Positions 36,453 through 49,721 of a stretch of 64,000 nucleotides of DNA are shown here, in pieces. Within the stretch, counting starts at the first letter, position 1. Every line of letters starts with the position of its first letter. The stretch is from Mobula hypostoma. Lineage: Eukaryota. Below the pieces are notes generated by a model. The model ran no database searches, had not been told where the DNA came from, and worked only from the letters and a program-made list of their open reading frames with translations. The position numbers and the translations under genes are program-made. The stretch covers positions 9,672,001 to 9,736,000 of the forward strand of contig NC_086097.1 of the NCBI RefSeq assembly GCF_963921235.1, given 5' to 3'.

Positions 36453-37205
36453 AGGCTGATTTATACTTGTGCATCAAATATACGCCATAGGTACAGCGTA
36501 GCCACGAACCCTACGCAGTACCTACGCCGATCCCTACGCAGTAGCCTAAAGTGCATCTCTCCCAAAATGTACCTATGCTTCGCGGTGACGCAGACTGAGC
36601 AACTGTGATTGGTCCACTTGGTAGCATCACATTTCCTCCTACGCTGCAATAGCTTCCCATTGGCCGACTGAAGGGCAGGGAAGGAGCTCTGGCTGCAATG
36701 CTTTCCATAAAGCTTTACAGACCTCCGAAATTATGGAGGACCCTGTGCTGGACGCCAATTTGTAGCTAGCTGCTACGGCCTGTTGACTTCCACCTGAAGC
36801 TAAAACTCGAATGGTTATTGGCAGTCTCTGAGTATACTGTGCGTACACTGATGCGACATAAATGGTTGGAGATGATGAACCAAATTGTCAAATCTACCTG
36901 CCGACATCCGAAAATATTTGAAATGCATTTCCTCGTCCATGTCTCTCAGTGGCCAGACAAGCACAGAAAATTCACCCTCCTTCAGTTTCAGTCGCCATTG
37001 TTTGAAGTTTGAGTTTCTTCGTGTTGCGTTTCAACACGAAGAAACTCAACACAGTAGCATAGAAACCCCACCGCCAACTAGCGTTTTGGCGGTGAATTGC
37101 AGAGCAACACAGACACACTAACGCATAAGTATAAATGCTTACAACGGCGTAGCCCACTTGCATAGGCTACGGCGTAAGCTAGTACGCACAAGTAGAAATC
37201 AGCCT
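36453..37205 (-). mobile_element. PIF/Harbinger non-autonomous deletion derivative
   Basis: TIRs aggctgatttatacttgtgc / gcacaagtagaaatcagcct with TAA/TGA flanks. Transposase N-terminal remnant [15 protein letters not shown]...[10 protein letters not shown]...[15 protein letters not shown]. Confidence 0.88.
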
Positions 37206-37666
37206 TGAACGTGATGACATAAAGTATAGCTAGGGTTCCGAGGACTTTTGCCAGCATTGTATTTGACAACATGGAATGGAGAATGGGTTTGTACATCTGG
37301 CGGGAGCAAAAGATGTTCTGAATGGTGAGGGTGGAGCACCGCGGGAGGGGTGTGGGACAGGTTACAGAGGAAGAGTGCCGGGGTAGAGGGGTGGCATGGG
37401 TGCAGACACACCCAGCCCTGAGATGCCAGGCAAGGTCATCTAATTCCAAACAATTGGTTTATTGGACATTGCAGAGTGTCCCTCTGATGCTTCCCACTCC
37501 TTCCCCTCTCCCTTCCCCTTTTCCCAACAATCATTCCCCTTTCTCTGTCCCCTTCCCATTCTCAGTCCACAATAAAGACCCGTATCAGAATCAGGTTTAC
37601 CATCACTCACATATGTCATGAAATTTGTTTTTATTTGTGGCAGCAGTACAATGCAATACGTAAAAT

Positions 37667-39588
37667 CAGTGGTACCCAACCACTGGGCTGCAGACTGGTA
37701 CCAGGCCGCAAGGAAACGATATGAGTCAGCTGCACCTTTCCTCATTCCCTGTCATGCCCACTGTTGAACTTGGACGCATCGCAAAGTCATCAGTCGGTCG
37801 TTAACCTACAACTACTCGATAAGTGAAAAACAAATGTCACTTGAGAGTTTCTCTGGAAGAGATGGTATGGGACACAAAAGGCCTGATGATGATGATAACG
37901 CAGAGACAGCTGAGGCTGAGACTGCAAAAATAAAGAAAGCTTCCTTCAACAGAAAATAGGACGAGTCATACATAAAATATGGCTTTATTGTGACCGGTGA
38001 CTCGCACGCTCCAAGCCCCCTGTGTGTGATATGTGGAGACAAGCTGTATAATGAGGCAATGAAGCCCTCAAAACTGATTTGGCACCTTGAGCCCAAGCAG
38101 CCTGCACTTAAAGACAAACCCGTTGAGTTTTCTGAGCAGAAAAAACGTGAGCAAGCGGGACAGAAGCCAGTGCTGAGAGCCACAACCTCCACAGATGCTG
38201 CTGCTCTGAGAGCGTCGTACTTAGTGGCTGGCCGTATTGCTAAGGCTAAGAAACCTTTCACTGTTGGTGAAGATTGATTCTGCCTGCTGCCAAGGACATG
38301 TGCCGTGAACTGTTGGGAGAAGCTGCAGCTAACAAGATGGCACCGGTTTCTCTTTCAGCTACCCCAGTTTCAAGAAGAATCGATGACATAGTGGAGGACA
38401 TCGAAGCACAGCTGTTGGAACGGCTTAACGAGTCTGGTTTCACTACCCGAGTCAGAGAGGTTGCTCCTGAACGTCAGTTTACACACTGTGTCACACACAG
38501 GGAAATGCTGGCTAGCTGAAAAATGTCACTTGATCTTAACAGCGTATTGAGTGATGTTGTTGAAGTTATCAATCACATCAAAGCAAAAGCCCTTAACTCG
38601 CATCTGTTTGAGCAGCTTTGCGAGGAAATGGATGCAGAGCACAAACGCCTTCTCTTACACAGTGAGGACAGGTGGCTATCAAGGGTGAGAGCCCTGGCCA
38701 GAGTTTTTGAGTTGAGAGAGCAGCTACAGAGATTTCTTTCAAGAAAAAAGTCATCACTGGCAACACACTTCAGTGACGAGGAGTGGATAGCAAAACTCAT
38801 CCATGTGGCATCTTCAACCTGCTCAATTAACTCAATTTGTCACTTCAGGGGAGAATGACAACTGTCTTCAGGTTGACAGATAAAGCTGCTTTCACAGCTA
38901 AACTGGAACTGTGGGGATGGTGAGTGGACAGGGGCATATTTAACATGTTCCCAACATTAGCTGGGAATTTGGGAGAGACTGAGGCTCACAACTGTCGACA
39001 GAATTCGAGCGTTACTTCCCAAACGCAAATAACCCATGTCGTGCAAAGGAATGGGTCCATGACCCATTTGTGAATGTCCCCAGTGAATCATCCATGTCAG
39101 CGCGGGAAGAAGATCAACTCCTCGAGCTTGACGGCGGGCTGAAAAGTATGTTTGACATAACATCTCTGCTGGCATTCTTGATCAAAGTCAAGGCTGAATA
39201 TCCTGAGATAGCCACAAAAGCACTGAAAATGTTGCTTCCATTTCCAACATCATATCTCTGTGAAGCGGAGTTTTCTGCAATGAATGCAATGAAAACTAAA
39301 TTGCAGAATAGACTGGACATAAGGAAGCCCCTTATGACTTATAATTGACTTATCATTACATTCATGCGAGGAAAATATGCGCTGTGTGTTTAATATTAAA
39401 TTCATCAGATAAACCCTTTTAGAAATGAAATTGAGTGTATTAGCTACTGATAAATGACTTATAGTTGACTTATCACCTATATTCAGGTCGTGATTACCCC
39501 CCCCCCCACCCCACCCCGGTCGGCCGGTCCACAAGAGTATTGCCAATATTAAACCGGTCCACAGTGCAAGCAACGTTGGGGACCCTTG
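37667..39588 (+). mobile_element. hAT Buster/Charlie-type transposon with a fragmented, internally deleted transposase
   Basis: TIRs cagtggtacccaac / gttggggacccttg and 8-bp TSD cgtaaaat/cataaaat. Motifs: BED-like PLCVICG..NEAMKPSKL, THCVTHREML, RWLSR, LLPFPTSYLCEA.FS. The segment with the first catalytic Asp appears deleted near 38430. Confidence 0.92.
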
Positions 39589-39675
39589 CATAAAATTACT
39601 GTAGTACTGTTTAAGAGTCTTAGGCACCCTAGGTGCCCAAGACTTCTGTACAGCACTGTACACGTTTAAAAGCAC

Positions 39676-41371
39676 CTTTATCATTATCTTATTACAACTA
39701 ATATTAGCTAATAATGCAGCCACATGTTATTACAGTTGATAAAATAATGCATCATTTCATTGCAGAGTTAAATGATATTTCCGTTCAGTAGTTGAGTACT
39801 ATTGATCACCAAGAGGGAACAGGGCAGTTTCATTTCCAAAATGGATCCACACAGTTCAAAGATTTAAAGTACATTTATTATTGAAGTATGCATGCAGTAT
39901 ACAACTCTTCCCCACCAACAGTTGTAAAACAAAGAAAATCATTGATTTTTTTTTCAAAGAAAAACATCAAAACTCTACCTTTCAAAAAAAAAAGACCAAG
40001 TCATACTAATTGCAAAAGAAAACAAGTGAAAAGCACAGAATGTAAAACATCAAACCACAAAGTCATGGGAACCCTCCAGGCTTGTTCAGTCAGCTCAGTT
40101 CAGTTCAAATAGTCATAGTCATAGTCAAACTTTATTGATCCCGGGAGAAATTGGTTTTCGTTACAGTTGCATCATAGATAATAAATAGTAATAAAACCAT
40201 AAATAGTTAAATAGTAATATGTAAATTATGCCAGGAAATAAGTCCAGGACCAGCCTATTGGCTCAGGGTGTATGACCCTCCAAGGGAGGAGTTGTAAAGT
40301 TTGATGGCCACAGGCAGGAATGACTTCCTATGATACTCTGTGTTGCATCTTGGTGGAATGAGTCTCTGGCTGAATGTACTCCTGTGCCCACCCAGTACAT
40401 TATGTAGTGGATGGGAGACATTGTCCAAGATGGCATGCAACTTGGAGAGCATCCTCTTTCAGACACCACTGTCAGAGAGTCCAGTTCCATCCCTACAACA
40501 TCACTGGCCTTACGAATGAGTTTGTTGATTCTGTTGGTGTCTGTTACTCTCAGCCTGCTGCCCCAGCACACAACAGCAAACATGATAGCACTGGCCACCA
40601 CAGACTCGTAGAACATCCTCAGCATCGTCCGGCAGATGTTAAAGGACCTCAGTCTCCTCAGGAAATAGAGACGGCTCTGACCCTTCTTGTAGACAGCCTC
40701 AGTGTTCTTTGACCAGTCCAGTTTATTGTCAATTCGTATCCCCAAATATATGTAATCCTCCACCATGTCCACACTGCCCCCTGGATGGAAACAGGGGTCA
40801 CTGGTACCTTAGCTCTCCTCAGGTCTACCACCAGCTCCTTAGTCTTTTTCACATTAAGCTGCAGATAATTCTGCTCACACCATGTGACAAAGTTTCCTAC
40901 TGTAGCCCTGTACTCAGCCTCATCTCCCTTGCTGATGCATCTAACTACGGCAGAGTCATCAGAAATCTTCTGAAGATGACAAGACTCTGTGCAGTAGTTG
41001 AAGTCCGAGGTGTAAATGGTGAAGAGAAATGGAGACAAGACAGTCTCCTGTGGAGCCCCAGTGCTGCTGATCACTCTGTCGGACCCACAGTGTTGCAAGC
41101 ACACGTACTGTGGTCTGCCAGTCAGGTGTTATAGACACCTGTGTTCAATCAAATGTTATTGACACCGGATGCTTTTATAAACCCAGTGGTTGTCTCACAG
41201 CTTTAATACAAACAGAGATACTGCTCAGTTGATCAAATTTAATGATACACACTGTTTGACGGAAATAGTGCATATCACTTTCAGCAGTGCATTAAGGAGA
41301 AATTACATAACTCATCCCATTTGTGTTGGATTTGAAAGTTATATTGTTAAAATGGTGAAGATAATTTCGAA
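39676..41371 (-). pseudogene. Large RGS-like pseudo-exon split by LINE insertions (~39855-41127)
   Basis: 41371-41128 reads RNYLHHFNN...DMHYFRQTV. ~39850-39676 reads HFGNETALFPLGDQ*YSTTERKYHLTLQ*NDALFYQL**HVAALLANI..., ending at donor AAG|gt. Confidence 0.55.
40110..41127 (-). mobile_element. Rex1/Babar LINE 3' part (RT)
   Basis: ORFs 40658..41104 (GAPQ.TVLSPFLFTIYT, KISDDSA) and 40263..40772, with a (tatgac)n tail. Confidence 0.93.
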
Positions 41372-42639
41372 CTAATTGTAATGAACAAAGACAGAGCAGG
41401 TGCAGTTTTCTCCTAACTTTCATTCTTTTTAAACCTTGGAATTTCATTCTTGGCATGAGGGTCAATGGTAAAGCAACCCATTTCAGGGAACAGTTAAATG
41501 CCTACCATATGTGTCACATGCAAACTATTTATTTCCTGAAAGGATGTTAAAGAACTACAATTAGTTTATTTTTCAACAATCTTGTAGGTTCATGGTAATG
41601 ATTACTGATATTAAGTTTATTTATTTAACTAAATTTAATTACGTGCAATGGCCATAAAAGGGCTTTGAGCTCATCCGTCTAAGTCGCCAGAGCACTAGCC
41701 CAGTAAAATAACCATTATTCTACCAGGCACAGTAAAAGCCCTGAAGGACAGTATGCCATAAAGATAATGCAAAGAGTGAAGCTGGCCTTATTTGTAGTTC
41801 ATGTCACCAGTGGTACTCAGTTGCAGAACAAAAACATAATTTTCTCAAAATAGGAGGTATAAAACTTCCTTGTAATTATGGCTTAAAGGTGAAACTCAAT
41901 ATCATTTAGAAACTTTCTGTCTTTGGAATTGTAAATCTTTGAAAGCACAGTCCTGTGCAGAAGTCTTAGGCACATATATTGTACATAGCTAGGTTGCCTA
42001 TGACTTTTGCACAGCGTTGTAGTAATTTTATGTATTGCACTGTACAACTGCCACAAAAAAATCAAATTTCATGACGTGTGGGTGAAGATAAATTGATTCT
42101 GATATGGGTTTCTAATGTGGATTGAGAGAGGGAATGGGACAGGGAGAGGAAAAGGGGAACAGGAAGCACCAGAGAGACATTCTGAAGTGGATGTTGTCTA
42201 CGTGGACTTTAGCAAGTCACTTGACAAGGTTCTGCTTGGGAGGTTGGTCAAGAAGGTTTATTTGCTCAGCATTCAATGTAAGACAGTAACTTGGATTAGA
42301 CATTAGCTTCGTGGGGGAGGCCAGACAGTGGTCATAGACGGTATCTCTCTGACAGGAGGCCTATGACTAGTGAAGTGCTGTGTCTGTTGTTCTTTGTCAT
42401 CTGTACCAATGATCTGGATGATGATGTGGTTAATTGGATCAGAATATTTGTGGATGACACCAAGATTGGGGATGCAGTGGACAGCAAGGGAGGCTATCAT
42501 GGCTTACAGTGGGATGTGGACCAGCTAGAAACATGGCAGAAGGAATTTAATGCAGACGAGTGTTTGGAATCAAATAGCTTTGCTTGGTGTCTCAAGGCTG
42601 GGTGTGTCTGCACCCATGGTCAACCCCACCATGATCAAT

Positions 42640-43980
42640 CATTCTCGACTATAAACTGCCTAGCATCTTCTATACAGAGCCTTGTCTCCAAGTTTAATAG
42701 ATTTCTTGTCTTGATCTACTAAACATGGGTGGCTCCCAGGACTGTGTGCTGAGCTCACTGCTATACACGCTTCTCACATAGACAAACAGCCAAGCAATCA
42801 TATTATCAATTTTGTCGACGTTGCAACAGTGGTGGGGCTCTTCACCAACAATGATGAGACAGCCTACAGAGAGGAGGTGAAAGAGCTCAAGGCCTGGTGC
42901 CTGGCTATTAACCTCTTCTTTAATATCAACAAGACAAAGGAGATGGCTATCAACTTCAGGAGAACTCACACCACTCACACCCCCCTTTATATCAGCAGTT
43001 TCAGACTTCTGGGAATCCACATCACATACAAACTGTCATGGTTCCAGTACACACTCTACACAGTCAGAAAACCTCATCAAACACTTCGACTGTATGAGGA
43101 AGCTGAAAAGAGCTAGACTTTGCACACTCGCCACGTCATTAAACAGATGTGCGGAAGAGAGCAACCTAACAAACTGCATCACTGCATTGTACGGAAATTG
43201 CACTGCAGTGGACAGGAGATTTCTACAATGGGTAGACAAAACAGACCAATGCATGAGCGATACAACCTACCCACCATCAAGGTCATAAGTACAGAAAGGT
43301 AACAGGGAAAAGAAAGGCTAGCAATATCTTGAAGAATCCCACTCACCCTGCTCAAGGACTGTGTCCCACTCCTCTCAAGGAGGAGGCTACGTAACATCCA
43401 CATGTGGACCTCCAGACTCAAAAACAGTTTCTTTCTCCAAGCAACATACATCAAAGTTGCTGGTGAACGCAGCAGGCCAGGCAGCATCTGTAGGAAGAGG
43501 CGCAGTCGATGTTTCAGGCCGAGACCCTTGGTCAGGACTAACTGAAGGAAGAGTGAGTAAGGGATTTGAAAGTTGGATATAAATCCCTTACTCACTCTTC
43601 CTTCAGTTAGTCCTGACGAGGGGTCTCGGCCTGAAACGTCGACTGCACCTCTTCCTACAGATGCTGCCTGGCCTGCTGCGTTCACCAGCAACTTTGATGT
43701 ATGTTGCTTGAATTTCCAGCATCTGCAGAATTCCTGTTCTTTCTCCAAGCAGCAGGGCTGATCAACACTTCCACCCACTAACTCTACCACTACTTTATCC
43801 TTTCCTGTCAGAGTCAGCTTATGTATGGACATTCCTGTGCCTAGGGTCACTTTGTGGACACACAGTCAATCTATGTATATAAGTGTTGCTACTATTTATA
43901 TTCATTGTGTTTTTTTAAAATTATTGTGTTCTTTATCTTATTATGTTCTTTGGTGATGCTTTGGTTTGAGAGTAACAATT
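42640..43980 (+). mobile_element. Degraded Rex1/Babar-type LINE with nested PLE fold-back
   Basis: NNDETAYREEV...NINKTKEM, CITALYGNC and LLSRRRLRNIH remnants. Confidence 0.75.
43438..43736. mobile_element. PLE pLTR fold-back with hammerhead ribozymes
   Basis: 130-bp inverted arms at 43438-43567 and 43581-43710 with a 13-nt loop. 15-bp TSD ttctttctccaagca at 43429-43443 and 43737-43751. Hammerhead core is intact on + at 43609-43644, while the minus copy has CTGACCA. Confidence 0.92.
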
Positions 43981-43985
43981 ATTTT

Positions 43986-44473
43986 GAATAAACTTTTCTG
44001 AGGCTTCCAGCTGGGTACAGGTATTGATTTTAACTGACATTTCAATGACAAAAGCTCTACCATCTTCATGGTGGAAACCCACATCAAGGAGCACAGGAGG
44101 TGTATCCATTTAGATTACATGGAAAAATCAGCGGGAGCAGAACGTTGCATTCACAATGTCTATAGGATTGACTTCGATGGCATTAAACTGTTGTGCCACA
44201 GCAATGGCTTTGGGCTGGTGAAGGAAGCCATTGAAATAAAACTAGAGAAAAAGTCTTTTAACAAAGGTGAAGGTCTCGCTGGAATTCGATTGTAATCAAG
44301 GTGGGACAGTAGAAAAACCTAATTGGCTGAGAAGATGAGGACTAACCAATCAGGAAGGAAGGACAACAGGAGAACATATACCACTGGAATAGACATCCCG
44401 GAGAAAAATGGCAGAGTTTGTCATCAAAATGTCAGTTAAAATCGAAACCTGGGAGCCTGAGAAGAGTTTATTC
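43986..44473 (+). mobile_element. Second PLE family (Poseidon-like) fragment with inverted termini
   Basis: ORF 44068..44295 IKEHRRC...KSA.AE.C...LVKEAIEI...FNK.EG (GIY-YIG C-terminus), and inverted ends gaataaact... / ...agtttattc. Confidence 0.75.
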
Positions 44474-44486
44474 GTCATATATTGTC

Positions 44487-44832
44487 ATGATAGAGGTGTA
44501 CAAGATAATAAGAGGAATAGATAGAGTGGATAGCCAGTGCCTCTTCCCCAGGGCACCACTGCTCAATACAAGAGGACATGGCTTTAAGGTAAGGGGTGGG
44601 AAGTTCAAGGGGGATATTAGAGGAAGGTTTTTTACTCAGAGAGTGGTTGGTGCGTGGAATGCACTGCCTGAGTCAGTGGTGGAGGCAGATACACTAGTGA
44701 AGTTTAAGAGACTACTAGACAGGTATATGGAGGAATTTAAGGTGGGGGATTATATGGGAGGCAGGGTTTGAGGGTCGGCACAACATTGTGGGCCGAAGGG
44801 CCTGTACTGTGCTGTACTATTCTATGTTCTAT
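44487..44832 (+). mobile_element. Young CR1 3' end
   Basis: MIEVYKII...TRGHGFK...FFTQRVVGAWNALP with a (ttctat) tail. Confidence 0.92.
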
Positions 44833-45469
44833 ATATGCTGGAAAAGCACTAAATCCATTTTAACAATTATTTCATTCTCTGTTACACTTGTGTAGTGGAA
44901 ATGACATAAACTATCTTATGTCATGCAAGATTCAAGATTATTTAAACAAGATTAAGGCTCAAGTTGTTCTGAATCTTATTGCAGCTGTTTAGCTCCTGCA
45001 AAGCTATCCTCAAGAAAATGGGTCAGAAGTGTTCACATCTCCTTATTTCAGTAGCTTGCTCTGAAATCACTGGCACCCTACACTCTGGGAAATCAAACAT
45101 TGATAGATGTACAATACAAGTGTCTCCTATTCTCCCAGCTCCTCGGAGATTAAAGGTTCAATTCACCAGATGAAAATATCAACATTTGCATATCAAAAGT
45201 TGGATGGATTTTTGTTTTATGTGCACTGAGGACATGTGAGATCAGTACAATGAATAATTCTCATGTGCATATGAGTTTCTTGTGAGGATCACTTGGATTC
45301 CTGTTCAATAACATTCATTTTTTTCCCCTGTAACTCTATCATTCAATAAAAACTTAAATCAAAATAGGCACAAGTGTAAAACTTATTCCAATCCATTTTA
45401 CTGCAAAAATGAGTTTTTTGGCTGTATTTAACTATATTATGTATTTAACTTGAGATGGTATTTTGGTTT

Positions 45470-46722
45470 ATGTTTGACAAATCTTATTGAATTTTTTGAA
45501 GCAGTTACAAGGAAAGTTGACAAAGGTAAAGCGGTGGATGTTGTCTATATGGACTTCAGTAAGGCCTTTGGCAAGGTTCCACGCGGAAGGTTAGTTAGGA
45601 AGGCTCAATCGTTAGGTATTAATATTGAAGTAGTAAAATAGCTTCAGCAGTGGCTGGATGGGAGGTGCCAGAGAGTAGTGGTGGATAACTGTTTGTCAGA
45701 TTGGAGGCCGGTGACTAGTGGTGTGCCTCAGGGCTCTGTACTGGGTCCAATGTTTGTCATATACATTAGTGATCTGGATGATGGGGTGGTAAATTGGATA
45801 AGTAAGTATGCAGATGATACTAAGATAGGTGGAGTTGTGGATAATGAAGTAGGTTTTTAAAGCTTGCAGAGAGATTTAGGCCAGTTAGAAGAGTGGGCTG
45901 AAAGATGGCAGATGGAATTTAATGCTGATAAATGTGAGGTGCTAAATTTTGGTAGGACTAATCAAAATAGGACATACGTGGTAAAATGGTAGGGCATTGA
46001 AGAGTGCAGTAGAACACAGGGATCTAGGAATAATGGTGCATAGTTCCCTGAAGGTGGAATCTCACATGGACATGGTGGTGAAGAAAGCTTTTAGTATGCT
46101 GGCCTTTATAAATCAAAGCATTGAGTATAGGAAATTGGGATGTAATGTTGAAATTATACAAGGCATTACTGAGGCCAAATTTGGAGTATTGTGTACAGAT
46201 TTGGTCACTGAATTATAGGAAAGATGTCAACAAAATAGAGACAGTACAGAGAAGATTTACTAGAATGTTACCTGGGTTTCATCACCTAAGTGACAGAGAA
46301 AGGTTGAACAAATTGGGTCTTTATTCTTTGGGACGTAGAAGGTTGAAGGGGGGACTTGATAGAGGTATTTAAAATTATGAGGGGGATAGATAGAGTTGAT
46401 GTGGATAGGCTTTTTCCATTAAGAGTGGGGAAGATTCAAACAAGAGGACATGAGTTGAGAGTTAAAGGGCAAAAGTTTAGGGGTAACATGAGGGGGAACT
46501 TCTTTACTCAGAGAGTGGTAGCTGTGTGGAACGAGCTTCCAGCAGAAGTGGTTGAGGCAGGATCGATGTTGTCATTTAAAGTTAAATTGGACAGCTATAT
46601 GGACAGGAAAGGAATGGAGGGCTATGGGTTGAGTGCAGGTTGGTGGCACTAGGTGAGAGTAAGAGTTCGGCATGGACTAGAAGGGCCGAGATGGCCTGTT
46701 TCCATGCTGTAATTGTTATATG
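45470..46722 (+). mobile_element. CR1 LINE (RT to 3' end), frameshifted
   Basis: [50 protein letters not shown]. Confidence 0.95.
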
Positions 46723-47480
46723 GTTAATTTTCATCACACTTCATGAAACTAATGGCACTTTAGCAATTAAAAAGTCAAAGTTTAATTTTCAAAGCAACTT
46801 TTCCTTGCTTTGTCTGCATATTTTCATATTGGTGAGACAGATGGCTTGGTCAGGGCATCAAAGGATATGGTGAGAAGGCAGATGTATGGGGTTGAGTGGG
46901 ATCCCATTATGGAATGGCAGAGCAGGTGCGAGGGGCTGAATGGCCTAATTCTGCTCCAAAGTCTTATAGACTTATGAATCCCAAGATCATTGCCTTAAGG
47001 CTTTAGCAACTGAGTCTTACTTGTATGAATTTGAAATGGATCAGTGAAATTTAATTAAAGTTCAAAGTTCAAACTTAATTTATTATTGAAGTTCATATAT
47101 ATCAACATATACTACGCTGAGATTCATTTTTTTCAGGTATTCACATCAAAAAGACAAACAAAATAAAATAATAATAAATAAGCAATAAATATAAAAAACT
47201 GGAGATGAAGAGTCTTTGAACGTGAGTCAATTGGGGGAGTGAAGTTATCCACTCTGGTTTTAAAGCCTGATGGTTGAGGGTTAATAACTATACAGTACTG
47301 AACATGGTGGTGTGAGACCTGAGCTTCCTGTACCTTCCTCCTGAACACAGCAGCGAAAAGAGAGCATGGCCTGGATGGTGGGAGTTCTTGATTACCTCTG
47401 GTTAAAAATAGCCTTTTTTTTTTGATCCTAGGTGGATGGGCTTCAAACTAAAATTCTCTGGGTTCTATGATGAAACTTAC

Positions 47481-47612
47481 TAATGGGATGAACATTCAGC
47501 CTTGCTTAATGAACTAATGTACATGAATGAAAATATCCTCATTCAGTTCAAATTTGAGCAGCAAAATTTAGTGTACATTTATCAGTGAACCACTCATTTA
47601 ATGGATGAATTT
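47481..47612 (-). pseudogene. RGS-like pseudo-exon (helices 5-8)
   Basis: cag acceptor and gtaagt donor. One frame reads KFIH*MSGSLINVH*ILLLKFELNEDIFIHVH*FIKQG*MFIPL. Confidence 0.55.
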
Positions 47613-48891
47613 CTGCTTAAATCTAATCATAGAGGTACAGTGTGGAAAGAGACTCCTTAGCTTTGTTCACCATCAGCACCCACTTAGCACTCAGTGTCCT
47701 GCAATAGTAACACTTTATTCCTCTGACAATCACTTCAACTCTTCCCAGATCTGATCATTCATAATCAGAATTACATTTCATATCACCGGCATATGTGAGA
47801 AAACTTGTTGTTTTGTGGCAGCAGTACATTACAATACATAACAATAAAAAACTGTAAATTGCAGTAAGAAGTATATTTATTAGAAAAAATAAATTAAATA
47901 AGTAGTGCAAAAAAGTAGTGACGTAGTGTTCATGGGTTCAATGTCCATTCAGAAAGCTAATGGCACACACAGAAGCAATTCTCAGTGGCCAATTAATTTA
48001 CAAACCTACGTTGGTTGCCCGTCATGTCTGATGATAACAGGAAACCTGTGCAGGAGAGCTTTGAAAGTGGAAAAGCCATTGTACTGGGGCGGTTACACTC
48101 CCTCAGCTTTGGAAACCTGGCTCCAGTGGTTACGAGGAGTCATCACAACTGGAGTCTTCCTTGGTTGCAGTGGATGACTGTGACATCTTCTGTATCTTGT
48201 CATGACCTTCACTTTCCATGGAGTGTTGGAGAACTGCCTTCCTGACCGTCGGATCTCACTGTAGGTCTCATCTGCTCAGTCGTCGACTTCACATGCATCA
48301 CAGCATGACATCACACAGCATGACTTCGCATTCTAGGACAGGCATGTCACTATTTCACTGGGTATGAGGCCTGTTGGCTACCCGCACCTGGTTTGACCTC
48401 CTGTCAAAGCAATGTGCCAGAGTGTATCTTCTATCACATGCAATCTACGACTTGGAGCCACAGAAAGGAGTTGAGAGTCTGCTGGGGCCAAAAGGTGAGT
48501 GAGTTGCCCTTGAATGGACTCAAAACCTCTTTTAGATCACATCCAAAGCAGGCACCTCAGACAGTGCAGCTGTCCCTTGGCACTGCATTGATCAGTCAGC
48601 TAACCCCTTGTCTATGACCAGAGGACAGGCATTTAACATAAAAGGTAGGAGATTTCCAGGAGGATTTGAGGAAGAATTGGGTAGTTGAGATGTGCAACAT
48701 ACTGCCAGAAGGGATGTGTGGGGTCAGGTGCTCTCTCAATATATCAGAACTATTTAATTAAGAACTTTAAAAAGTATGGAATATTAGGTCACAGGCTGGG
48801 TACTAGAAAATACTATCTGTGTAGATAGGTGCTTGATTGCCAGTACTGGGTGGACTTATTTCCACAGATATGACTTTTACATGACTCTATG

Positions 48892-49215
48892 TGTCACAGT
48901 GTGCACTGACAAATGACCGAACACAGGTGCGGAGGAACAACAGAATGTAGAGGCAGAAGCAAGAGTTTATTCACAGCAATTCCAACAGAACATCGATGGC
49001 TTCACTGAGAAACACCACGAGAGGAATTATTCTTGAAACACAAGGACCCCGCAATAACTGCTAATCAGGAGACCCTTTTACATAATGGCAGTATGCAGAA
49101 AACCCATGCCAGTCAAAACAAACTTGACAAGATTAAACAGCAAGCACAAGGGCTTAACGACTCTGGATACAACAGATAACAAATATAGGTGCTCGGGCCC
49201 ACTGGGCTCATGACA
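48892..49215 (-). mobile_element. Solo LTR
   Basis: tgtca...tgaca ends, TSD ctatg/ccatg, aataaa on the minus strand. Confidence 0.75.
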
Positions 49216-49355
49216 CCATGACTCTCTAACTAAAACCCTTGCTGATGTGCTTGGGGACTCATGGTCCTCTGATGAAGTACGTGGATCTTTTGAGTTTGAT
49301 AAAAGAGAGCCATGGTTGTCCCTCAAGTTTAAGCGCAAGTTTATTGTCGTCTGAC

Positions 49356-49500
<145 letters not shown>

Positions 49501-49721
49501 TCAACCGAAATAACATTCCTCCAGACTGTGGTGCACCCACAAAACATATATCACACACAGTACATAAAACAAAATATTACACAAATAAGTTTATAAAATA
49601 CAATTCACAGTGCATGTAGTAAAGCACAGCACAGGCAAACAGTAAACAACTTGCTGCCCTAGTGACAAGACCTCAGAAGTGGCAGGAATTTTATCAGTCT
49701 CTCAGTCTGAGGGAGGAAGCT

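Noticed and set aside
37812..39348. Domesticated ZBED5/SCAND3-like gene
   Set aside because: It has TIRs, an 8-bp TSD, frameshifts and an internal deletion, so it is a dead hAT copy rather than a host gene.
43179..43850. 223-aa ORF
   Set aside because: Chance read-through across antisense LINE sequence and the PLE hairpin.
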